In this document: one piece after another, positions 56,805-64,000 of the stretch
Layout: every line of letters begins with the position of its first letter
Numbering within the stretch: position 1 is the first letter of the stretch
NCBI GenBank assembly: GCA_963667725.2
Contig: CAXXHO010000005.1
Location: 1,280,001 to 1,344,000, forward strand
Source: Treponemataceae bacterium
GTDB lineage: Bacteria > Spirochaetota > Spirochaetia > Treponematales > Rectinemataceae
Length of the DNA stretch: 64,000 nt
Reading direction: 5' to 3'
Program-made: the position numbers and the translations under genes
Notes under the pieces: generated by a model
What the model was told of the DNA's origin: nothing
Database searches by the model: none
The model's input: the letters and a program-made list of their open reading frames with translations, nothing else

Positions 56805-56832
56805 TTGACAATTCGAGGCCTTTCAACATAAT
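56805..56832 (+). promoter_or_regulatory. Promoter of the tRNA/SRP operon
   Basis: TTGACA-16-CATAAT. Confidence 0.6.
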
Positions 56833-56865
56833 GTCGGTACTCGCCGATTCATTTTTTCTGTCTGT

Positions 56866-56950
56866 GGAGCGGTGTCCGAGGGGTTTAAGGAGGCGGTCTT
56901 GAAAACCGTTGAACCGCGAGGTTCCGGGGGTTCGAATCCCCCCTGCTCCG
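56866..56950 (+). tRNA. tRNA-Ser(TGA)
   Basis: Anticodon arm gcggt-CT-TGA-AA-accgt, long variable arm, GTTCGAATC. Confidence 0.95.
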
Positions 56951-56969
56951 GATACTGCGATATTTTGTT

Positions 56970-57057
56970 GGAGAGGTGCGAGAGCGGCCGAATCGGGCTC
57001 CCTGCTAAGGAGTTGTACCTCTAAAGGGTACCGAGGGTTCGAATCCCTCCCTCTCCG
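56970..57057 (+). tRNA. tRNA-Ser(GCT)
   Basis: gctcc-CT-GCT-AA-ggagt, long variable arm. Confidence 0.95.
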
Positions 57058-57063
57058 CTACGC

Positions 57064-57137
57064 GAGGCTATAGCTCAGCTGGATAGAGCTTCAGATTGCG
57101 GATCTGAAGGTCGGAGGTTCGAATCCTCTTAGCCTCA
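57064..57137 (+). tRNA. tRNA-Arg(GCG)
   Basis: tcaga-TT-GCG-GA-tctga; acceptor stem gaggcta/tagcctc. Confidence 0.95.
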
Positions 57138-57147
57138 TTCTTCGTTT

Positions 57148-57233
57148 GGAGAGATGCGAGAGCGGCTGAATCGGGCGGTCTCGAAAACCGTTAAACCTTT
57201 TAGGTTTCGAGGGTTCGAATCCCTCTCTCTCCG
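57148..57233 (+). tRNA. tRNA-Ser(CGA)
   Basis: gcggt-CT-CGA-AA-accgt, long variable arm. Confidence 0.95.
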
Positions 57234-57320
57234 CAAGCCGCGCTTCTTCGTCGCTCCAACGTCGATAAAGCAGGCGTTTTCAGTTTTTCGTTTCTGTTTT
57301 CGTTTCTTGTTTTTCTTTTT

Positions 57321-57407
57321 GGAGAGATGACCGAGCGGCCGAAGGTGCGCGATTGGAAGTCGCGTGTACCCGTAAGGGTACCTAGGGTTCAAATCCCTAT
57401 CTCTCCG
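57321..57407 (+). tRNA. tRNA-Ser(GGA)
   Basis: cgcga-TT-GGA-AG-tcgcg, long variable arm. Confidence 0.95.
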
Positions 57408-57422
57408 TAGCATTTAGAGCGC

Positions 57423-57524
57423 AAGAAGCCAGGCACTGTGCTCGTAACCACTGCGGAACCCGCCAGGTCCGGAAGGAAGCAACGGTACGTGGAAGGTGCG
57501 GTGCCGCAGAGCGCCTGGCTTCTT
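57423..57524 (+). ncRNA. ffs: Signal recognition particle RNA (small bacterial type)
   Basis: CCAGGTCCGGAAGGAAGCAACGG domain IV; closing stem aagaagccagg/cctggcttctt; lies upstream of dnaX. Confidence 0.92.
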
Positions 57525-57572
57525 GCGCTTCAAGTGCTTTACCCTTCCACGCCTCCATGCTATTTTGATGCC

Positions 57573-59765
57573 ATGCCTTATGAAGTCACCGCGGCCAGAA
57601 AACGCCCCCAATCATTCGAACAGCTCGCTGGCCAGGAGTTCGTCGCCGCCACCCTCGAGAAGTCCCTCGAGACCGGCAGGATAGCCCACGCCTATCTTTT
57701 TTCGGGCCCAAGGGGCTGCGGCAAGACGAGCACGGCGCGCATCCTCGCGAAGGCGCTCAACTGCGAAAAAGGTCCCACGTCTGAGCCCTGCGGCGTCTGC
57801 GATTCCTGCAGGTCGATAACGGCCGGTTCGTCCCTCGACGTGATCGAGATCGACGGCGCCTCGAACACCTCGGTTGAGAACGTGCGCCAGATAAAGGATG
57901 AGGTTCTTTTCCCGCCCAATTCCAGCCGCTATAAAATATATATCATCGACGAAGTCCACATGCTCTCGACAAGCGCCTTCAACGCCCTCCTCAAGACGAT
58001 CGAGGAGCCGCCGCCCTACGTGATTTTCATGTTCGCCACGACGGAGCAGCACAAGGTGCCGGCCACGATCAAGAGCCGCTGCCAGCAGTTCACCTTCAGG
58101 CTCGTATCCTCTGACGTGGTCGTGCGGCTGCTCGCCGCCGCCGCCGCCGATCTCGGCGTGACCGCCGAACCCGAGGCCCTGCTCTGGATCACCCGCGAAT
58201 CGGGCGGCTCCGTGCGCGACGCCTACACCCTCTTCGACCAGGTAGTCTCCTTCGCCGAAGGCCACATCACGGCGGCCCTCATCCGCGAAAAGCTCGGCCT
58301 CGTAGGCCAGGACAGGATGAACGCGCTCTTCGGGCTTTTCGTCGCGGGCGATACGGCGGGCTCCCTTTCGGCCTTGGACTCGATTCTCGGCGGCGGCGTT
58401 TCGCCTGAGCAGTTTGTGGCCGACACCGTCGAATACTGCAGGGCTCTTCTTCTTATCAAGCATGGCCTCACGCGCGAGAGCATCCTCGGCGCCCCGCTTT
58501 CCTCCTTCGATCTTTCGATCACCGAGGCCTTGTCGGGCGAACGCATCGAGCGCGTCCTCTCGACCTTCCTGTCCGCGTACCGGAACCTGAAAGAGTCCAT
58601 CGATCCCCGCTACGAACTGGACCTCGCCGTGGCGAAGGCTTCCCATATCGGCAGTTATGTGCCCCCCTCCGATCTCGTCAGGGCGGTGGGCACCCTCAAG
58701 CGCTATCTCGAGAAGAACGCCCCGATGACAACGGGCTCCGCTTCAGCGGCCCCCGCTTCGTCGGCCGCCCGGGCTCCGGCTCCAGCCCCGGAACAGATCC
58801 GGACGGCGGCCGCCCCCATGGCATCGGCCGCCCCCGCGGCATCGCCCACCTCTTCGGTCCCGGTCCAGCCCGCTCCTTCGGTCGCCGCCCAGCCCGCCGT
58901 TTCATTCGGGGGCATCGATCCCTCAAAGTTGCCGGAACTCAAGAAAATTCTCGTCGCCGATATAAAGAAGAACAACGTGCTTCTCGCCACGGCCCTGGAC
59001 AAGAGCCGTTCCTGGCATCTCAAGGGGCAGACGCTTTCCATCTCGGTGACGAAACAGATGGACTGTGACCTCCTCAGGCGATTCCTCGCCATCATCGCCG
59101 AGGTGCTGGCCGTGAGAGTGGGCTCTCCCCAGAAGATCGAAGTGACGCTGGCGGCGGAGGATATTCCCGAGGAGAGCCAAGGCCAAGGTGATTCCCCTTT
59201 TGATTCCCCCGGCGCGGAGGCCGGGTTCGCGTCTCAGGGAATCGATGTAGCTCGGGACGTCGACGGTGCCTCAGGAGCCTCTAGAGCCCCCGAAACCTCC
59301 GGGCGCGCCGAAAGCGACGCCCGCTTGCCGGGATCCTTCAACGAGCGGCCGCGGGGAGATCGGGGAGACCGGCAAGACCGGCAGGAAAACAGGCAGGCTC
59401 GAGGACAGCAGCCTAAGCCCGATTCCGGCAGAGGCCAGGCCAACCCCGTGAATGTACCGCAGGTGAGTCTTCCCGAAAGGGAGGCGATCGGCATGGTCGA
59501 GCGCCTTTTTAAGGGAAATCTCGCGGGCTATTCGCATGCCGCGCAAGGTGCGGCGTCAAGCTCGACGGCGTCAAGCTCGACGTCGTCAGATTCGCCGGCG
59601 CAAAGCCCGACGGCGCCAGGTTTGGCGGCGTCAGGCTCGATCCCCTCAAGCTCGGCGCCACGGAGACCCATCGAACGGGGCCCGACGGAAGAAGACGCTG
59701 AAATGGAAGACGACAGGGCCGCTACCTATAGTCCCGATATCGACGAAAACGAAACATCAGAATAA
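57573..59765 (+). CDS. dnaX: DNA polymerase III subunit gamma/tau
   Basis: GPRGCGKTS, EIDGASN, IIDEVHML, SRCQ; long low-complexity C-terminus. Confidence 0.95.
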   Translation: MPYEVTAARKRPQSFEQLAGQEFVAATLEKSLETGRIAHAYLFSGPRGCGKTSTARILAKALNCEKGPTSEPCGVCDSCRSITAGSSLDVIEIDGASNTSVENVRQIKDEVLFPPNSSRYKIYIIDEVHMLSTSAFNALLKTIEEPPPYVIFMFATTEQHKVPATIKSRCQQFTFRLVSSDVVVRLLAAAAADLGVTAEPEALLWITRESGGSVRDAYTLFDQVVSFAEGHITAALIREKLGLVGQDRMNALFGLFVAGDTAGSLSALDSILGGGVSPEQFVADTVEYCRALLLIKHGLTRESILGAPLSSFDLSITEALSGERIERVLSTFLSAYRNLKESIDPRYELDLAVAKASHIGSYVPPSDLVRAVGTLKRYLEKNAPMTTGSASAAPASSAARAPAPAPEQIRTAAAPMASAAPAASPTSSVPVQPAPSVAAQPAVSFGGIDPSKLPELKKILVADIKKNNVLLATALDKSRSWHLKGQTLSISVTKQMDCDLLRRFLAIIAEVLAVRVGSPQKIEVTLAAEDIPEESQGQGDSPFDSPGAEAGFASQGIDVARDVDGASGASRAPETSGRAESDARLPGSFNERPRGDRGDRQDRQENRQARGQQPKPDSGRGQANPVNVPQVSLPEREAIGMVERLFKGNLAGYSHAAQGAASSSTASSSTSSDSPAQSPTAPGLAASGSIPSSSAPRRPIERGPTEEDAEMEDDRAATYSPDIDENETSE

Positions 59766-59776
59766 GAGGATATTTT

Positions 59777-60118
59777 ATGGAAATTTCGGATCTCATGAAC
59801 ATGCTCAAGAATCCCCAGGCCATCCAGGCCAAAGCCAACGAACTGAAGCAGAAAACAGCCGCCCTCAGGGCTACGGGCCAGTCGGGGGGCGGAATGGTCA
59901 AAGTCACCCTTTCGGGCGAAATGGAAATGCTCGAATGCTCGATAGCCCCGGAAGCCGTCGATCCCTCCGACCCCAAAATGCTCGAAGACCTCATCCGCGC
60001 GGCCCACCATGACGCCGCCGAACGCATCCAGGAATCCATACGGACACAGATGGCGGAAATGATGGGCGGCATGCCTCCGGGAATGTTCGGCGGCGGGAAC
60101 CCCTTCGGAGGATTCTGA
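59777..60118 (+). CDS. ybaB: YbaB/EbfC nucleoid-associated protein
   Basis: GQSGGGMVKVT, LEDLIRAA; dnaX-ybaB-recR synteny. Confidence 0.9.
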   Translation: MEISDLMNMLKNPQAIQAKANELKQKTAALRATGQSGGGMVKVTLSGEMEMLECSIAPEAVDPSDPKMLEDLIRAAHHDAAERIQESIRTQMAEMMGGMPPGMFGGGNPFGGF

Positions 60119-60741
60119 TGCGAGCCCTCGAGGACCTCGTTTCGCTGCTTACCCGGCTTCCGGGCATCGGCCGGAAAAGCGCGCTCCGCATGGCCTATTA
60201 TCTTCTGAAGGCCGACCAGCGCTATGCCGAAGCCCTCTCCGAGCGCATCGCGAAGCTGCAGGGCGAAATCAGGTTCTGCTCCGTCTGCGGTTCCTACACG
60301 GAAACCGACCCCTGCCCCGTATGCGACGGCCTCGATAGGGACCGCCGGATCATCTGCGTCGTCGAACAGCCCCAGGACGTTCTCACCATCGAGGCGTCGA
60401 AGGAATATAAAGGCCTCTACCATGTTCTCGGCGGACTTCTTTCGCCGCTAGACGGCATCGGCCCCGACAAGCTGAGGATAGCCTCCCTCGTGCAGAGGAT
60501 CAGGGCGGGCAGGAACGCTTCCCCTGAGGTCGCCTCTCACCCCGGCCGTATCGAGGAAGTCGTGCTCGCGACCAATCCCACGGTCGAGGGCGACACGACA
60601 GCCCTGTACATAAAAAAAGTGCTGGAGAGAGAAGGCATCCAGGTGACCAGGCTCGCGACGGGCATTCCCGTGGGCGGCGACCTGGAATACGCTGACCGCC
60701 TCACGCTCGCCCGTTCGTTTCATGGGAGAATGCCGCTGTGA
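60118..60741 (+). CDS. recR: Recombination mediator RecR
   Basis: LPGIGRKSA, C4 zinc finger, YHVLGG, ATNPTVEGD. Confidence 0.95.
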   Translation: MRALEDLVSLLTRLPGIGRKSALRMAYYLLKADQRYAEALSERIAKLQGEIRFCSVCGSYTETDPCPVCDGLDRDRRIICVVEQPQDVLTIEASKEYKGLYHVLGGLLSPLDGIGPDKLRIASLVQRIRAGRNASPEVASHPGRIEEVVLATNPTVEGDTTALYIKKVLEREGIQVTRLATGIPVGGDLEYADRLTLARSFHGRMPL

Positions 60742-60769
60742 AGCGGCGCCAATCATCGGAGGTATCTGT

Positions 60770-61129
60770 ATGAAAGTCAGCGACATCGTGACCATACTCG
60801 ACGCGAAGGTCTTCGCCGGCGGGAACCAGCTCGATCTCGAGGTCCAGTCCGCCTGCGGGGCCGATCTCATGAGCGACGTCATGGCTTTCGTGAAGGAAAG
60901 GGTCGTTCTCCTGACGGGCTTGATGAATCCGCAGGCGCTCAGGACGGCCGACCTCCTCGACATCAAGGTGATCGTGTTCGTCCGCGGCAAGAAACCGACG
61001 GCCGACCTGCTGGAAATGGCCGAAGAATCGAAAATGATACTCATGACGACCAAATATTCGATGTTCCTCGCCTGCGGCCGTCTCTACGAAGCGGGCTTGA
61101 GGGCTGGCGGCATCAGGGAAATTTCCTGA
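60770..61129 (+). CDS. DRTGG-domain protein
   Basis: ACGADLMSDV, LLTGL, FVRGK. Confidence 0.85.
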   Translation: MKVSDIVTILDAKVFAGGNQLDLEVQSACGADLMSDVMAFVKERVVLLTGLMNPQALRTADLLDIKVIVFVRGKKPTADLLEMAEESKMILMTTKYSMFLACGRLYEAGLRAGGIREIS

Positions 61130-61140
61130 AGGAATCCTGA

Positions 61141-61575
61141 GTGAAGCTCAATTTTTCCATACCTTCGATGGACTTTTCCGCGGCGGGAAAGGCTTCCACC
61201 GAAGTGAAGCGCCTCCTCGCGAGGCTGGGCCTCAATTCCGACCTCGTCAAGCGGATCGCTATCGCCATGTACGAGGGCGAAATGAACATCGCCATCCACG
61301 GCGGCGGAGGGGAGGCCGAGATGGAGCTCACGACGGACAAGGTGGGGATCACCCTCATCGATCATGGTCCTGGCATCGCCGATATAGACCTGGCCATGAC
61401 GGAGGGCTTTTCCACGGCGAGCGAGGAAGTGCGGAACATGGGCTTCGGGGCCGGCATGGGGCTTCCCAATATGAAGCGCAACGCCGACCTCATGGAACTG
61501 GAAAGCAAGGTAGGACTGGGTACGAAAGTGCATCTGCTGTTCAGACTCAATCCGGCGCAGGGCGCCAAAGCATAA
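61141..61575 (+). CDS. Anti-sigma-factor-like Ser/Thr kinase (HATPase_c)
   Basis: YEGEMN, DHGPGI, GFSTA, GAGMGLPN. Confidence 0.85.
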   Translation: MKLNFSIPSMDFSAAGKASTEVKRLLARLGLNSDLVKRIAIAMYEGEMNIAIHGGGGEAEMELTTDKVGITLIDHGPGIADIDLAMTEGFSTASEEVRNMGFGAGMGLPNMKRNADLMELESKVGLGTKVHLLFRLNPAQGAKA

Positions 61576-61601
61576 ATAGGAATCAGGGGAAGGCGGCGTT
61601 G

Positions 61602-62924
61602 ATGGGCGGTAGCATTTTTCATTCGGTATATCTGGACTCCAGTCTCTGCGTCGGCTGCACGACCTGCGTCAGGCGATGCCCTACCCAGGCCATCCGCGTG
61701 AGGGACGGCAAGGCCCATATCACCGAGGAACGCTGCATAGACTGCGGCGAGTGCATCCGTACCTGTCCCAAGGGGGCGAAGAAATCGGTCTCCGATCCCT
61801 TGGCCGTGATGGGCGGCTACGATATTAACGTCGCGCTTCCCGCGCCTTCGCTTTATGGACAGTTCGGCATCGATCATTCGCCGGAACAGGTTTTCGCCGT
61901 GCTCCGGACCATAGGTTTCGACGAGGTTTTCGACGTGGCCTGGGGCGCCAAGGTCCTCACGGAATCCATCCGGGAATACGCCAAGGCCGATCTTCCGAGA
62001 CCCCTCATCTCGAGCGCCTGTCCCGTGGTTGTCCGCCTCATCCAGCTCCGCTTCCCCTCGCTCATACAGAATCTCGTGCCCTTCCTGCCGCCCGTCGAGG
62101 TGGCCGCGAGGGAAGTCCGCTCCCGTTTCGCCCGGGCTGGGGAGGCTTTCGCGAACAAGAGGGTGGGCATTTTCTTCCTCAGTCCCTGCACCTCCAAGGT
62201 GACGGCCATCAAAGCCCCCCTTGGCTACCTCGCTTCAGAGGTGAATGCCGTATTCTCCTTTCAGGATATTTATGCGGCTTTGAAGAAGAACCTGAAGGCG
62301 GGTTCCGGAGCCTCCGAGGGCGACAGGACAGGACGTTCGTCCGCTTTGCCGAGGATTCGGGAACTGGGAAGCGGCTTCAGCTGGGCACGTTCCGACGGCG
62401 AACTCGAATCGCTGGACATTCCGGGCGCGGTCTCCGTCGACGGCATAGACAACGTGATCGCCCTGCTCGAAGAGATCGACAACGGCAAACTCGGGGAATT
62501 GCCCTATATCGAAGCCCTGGCATGTCCGGGCGGATGCGTCGGGGGGCCTATGGCCGTGGCCAACCCCCATGTCGCCCGCACGACCATCAAGGCCATAGCG
62601 AAAAAGGAATCGCTCGCGTCGCTTTCCGGAAAGCCCGCGCAGGCGAATTTCAGGCACCTTCTCTGGGATGAGGAACTTCTTCCCAAACCGGTGATGGTCC
62701 TCGACAGGGACATGGAAAAGGCGCTCGCTATGGCGGAAGCGCTCGAGGAAATAGCGGCCGGCCTCCCGGGTCTGGACTGCGGCGCCTGCGGAGCGCCGGA
62801 TTGTCGCGCTTTCGCCGAAGATATCGTTAAGGGCTGCGCGAAAATTGACGATTGTATAGTGCGGATGAAAGAGAAATCGGCTAAGATAACCGGAATCAAT
62901 AATTCGGCCGGGATGGTCGAATAG
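61602..62924 (+). CDS. [FeFe]-hydrogenase-like Fe-S protein (putative group D / regulatory type)
   Basis: Two ferredoxin CxxCxxCxxxCP motifs; SSACP, SPCTSK, EALACPGGCVGG; C-terminal DCGACGAPDC. Confidence 0.8.
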   Translation: MGGSIFHSVYLDSSLCVGCTTCVRRCPTQAIRVRDGKAHITEERCIDCGECIRTCPKGAKKSVSDPLAVMGGYDINVALPAPSLYGQFGIDHSPEQVFAVLRTIGFDEVFDVAWGAKVLTESIREYAKADLPRPLISSACPVVVRLIQLRFPSLIQNLVPFLPPVEVAAREVRSRFARAGEAFANKRVGIFFLSPCTSKVTAIKAPLGYLASEVNAVFSFQDIYAALKKNLKAGSGASEGDRTGRSSALPRIRELGSGFSWARSDGELESLDIPGAVSVDGIDNVIALLEEIDNGKLGELPYIEALACPGGCVGGPMAVANPHVARTTIKAIAKKESLASLSGKPAQANFRHLLWDEELLPKPVMVLDRDMEKALAMAEALEEIAAGLPGLDCGACGAPDCRAFAEDIVKGCAKIDDCIVRMKEKSAKITGINNSAGMVE

Positions 62925-62936
62925 CGTCAGGGAAAT

Positions 62937-62965
62937 TTGACAAATGCTCTAAAGATCATTATAGT
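62937..62965 (+). promoter_or_regulatory. sigma70 promoter
   Basis: TTGACA-17-TATAGT. Confidence 0.65.
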
Positions 62966-63078
62966 GATAATTTAGGGTACGTCTCGTATAATAATGCAAC
63001 AAACGGTGTACTTTGCAGACTGTCGCGCCCGAAGGCATGTGCCGCTGTCGCAGATAACGTCCGGGAGAGGGGTCGTTC

Positions 63079-64000
63079 TTGAATAAAAAAGACTTTCCGC
63101 GTGTCCATTTTTACGACCAGGACTTTGTAGAAATATACGACCGCACATGGGCCTGGGTTGCCGACTGCTGGGCCTCGGGCGGAGCCGAAAGCGGCTTCGA
63201 CAAGATCAAGTTTTTCCATTATCCTCAAAAACCCGTTCTCGACGTGATGGAACAGGTTTTTTCTTCTTTTTTCCTGGTCTACAGCAATAGGATATTTTCC
63301 GCGTCCAACGGCCTCGACGCTCTCTATGGCCTACAGGAAGCCGACGGAGCCATCAGGGCAACCTACGATATGGAAACCGGCAAGCCGATTCTCACCACCG
63401 ACAACCCCGACGGCCTCATTTTACCTCTCTTCGCCTGGGCGGAGTACAACCTTTATCACAAGACGGCCAACAAGAAACGCGTCAAGGACGTGATGCCCGC
63501 CCTCAGGAAGCACTACAAATGGCTCGAGAGCAATTTCAAGGGCGCGAACGGTCTCTACGCGGCGCCGATCGCCGCCAGCGGCTTGAGCAACTCGCCCCGC
63601 GAGGGAGCCCGCTACCTGGTCGATTTCAACGCCGTCATGGCGATGAACGCGCTCTATATCTCGGCCCTCGGCGACATCCTCAACGACAAGGATATTTCCT
63701 TCCAGTTCAAGCGCGACTATTTTTCGCTCAAGACGAGAGTGAACGGCAAGATGTGGAACGCCGAGGATGGATTCTACTACGACCTCGACGAGCAGGAAAA
63801 ACACGTCAAGGTGAAGACGATAGGTTCCTACTGGCTGCTTCTGGCCGAAATACCCAACGAGGACAGGGCGGAGAAGCTCGTGGCCAAACTTAAGGACCCC
63901 GCCTGCTTCGGTACGGAGAATCCTTTCCCGACCTTGTCGGCTGACGATCCCCATTACGACAAAAAGGGCAACGGCTATCGCGGTTCTGTCGTGACCGCCT
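63079..64000 (+). CDS. Trehalase/GH63 (MGH1-like) glycoside hydrolase, 3' truncated by window edge
   Basis: Hand translation from TTG 63079 (NKKDFPRVHFYDQDF..PLFAWAEY..MWNAEDGFYYD..PTLSADDP..GYRGSV) stays open to the end; SD ggagagg. Confidence 0.7.
   Translation, partial: MNKKDFPRVHFYDQDFVEIYDRTWAWVADCWASGGAESGFDKIKFFHYPQKPVLDVMEQVFSSFFLVYSNRIFSASNGLDALYGLQEADGAIRATYDMETGKPILTTDNPDGLILPLFAWAEYNLYHKTANKKRVKDVMPALRKHYKWLESNFKGANGLYAAPIAASGLSNSPREGARYLVDFNAVMAMNALYISALGDILNDKDISFQFKRDYFSLKTRVNGKMWNAEDGFYYDLDEQEKHVKVKTIGSYWLLLAEIPNEDRAEKLVAKLKDPACFGTENPFPTLSADDPHYDKKGNGYRGSVVTA

Noticed and set aside
56866..57407. Integrative element at the tRNA cluster
   Set aside because: No integrase or duplicated tRNA 3' end seen; the flanks are housekeeping genes.
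57438..57572. N-terminal extension of DnaX in the ORF track
   Set aside because: Overlaps the SRP RNA; the conserved start is ATG 57573 with its own -10 element.
57573..59765. Programmed frameshift or slippage producing the gamma subunit
   Set aside because: I saw no A-AAA-AAG heptamer or long A/T run after domain III; the overlapping ORF 59536-60012 is low-complexity noise.
63038..63056. Sixth copy of the island palindrome (TGTGCCGCTGTCGCAGA)
   Set aside because: Wrong spacing and right half-site, no GAC tail, and it lies downstream of a canonical promoter.
62970..63078. Purine-type riboswitch in the glycosidase leader (CTCGTATAAT)
   Set aside because: The downstream conserved elements (ATATGG, TTTCTACC, CCGTAAA) and P1 pairing are absent.

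Overview
64 kb of a GC-rich (roughly 60%, judged by eye) bacterial chromosome. It is most consistent with a free-living anaerobic spirochaete (Treponematales/Rectinema-like); this is an inference from tRNA-Arg(GCG), pyrG-lptCAB synteny and lipoprotein signal styles. Most of the window is housekeeping and transport genes: metQ, MFS and GNAT genes, hppA, the TIGR03916/TIGR03915 repair pair, a TAXI-TRAP transporter, tag, ferritin, thrC, rsmG, pyrG-lptCAB, tatD-dusB, an ABC transporter, five tRNAs plus SRP RNA, dnaX-ybaB-recR and a DRTGG/kinase/[FeFe]-hydrogenase-like trio. The main candidate for an undescribed system is a ~9.5 kb accessory block (about 44.3-53.8 kb). It encodes a predicted outer-membrane beta-barrel, three DUF3494 'ice-binding-like' lipoproteins with 1, 1 and 5 Ig-like stalk domains, a csbD-ytxH-DUF948-catalase operon and an LPD29-domain gene. 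All five transcription units are preceded by the same CRP-spaced palindrome (TGTGYG-N4-CGMACA-GAC); four sit at class II (-41.5) spacing from a TAnnnT -10 hexamer and the fifth is about 1 bp off. Other leads: a leaderless pyrG promoter whose geometry suggests CTP-sensing start-site switching, a perfect 36-bp operator palindrome over the repair-operon promoter, a catalase that appears to start at ATC, and many leaderless genes. All family assignments come from motif recognition by eye; no database searches were run.
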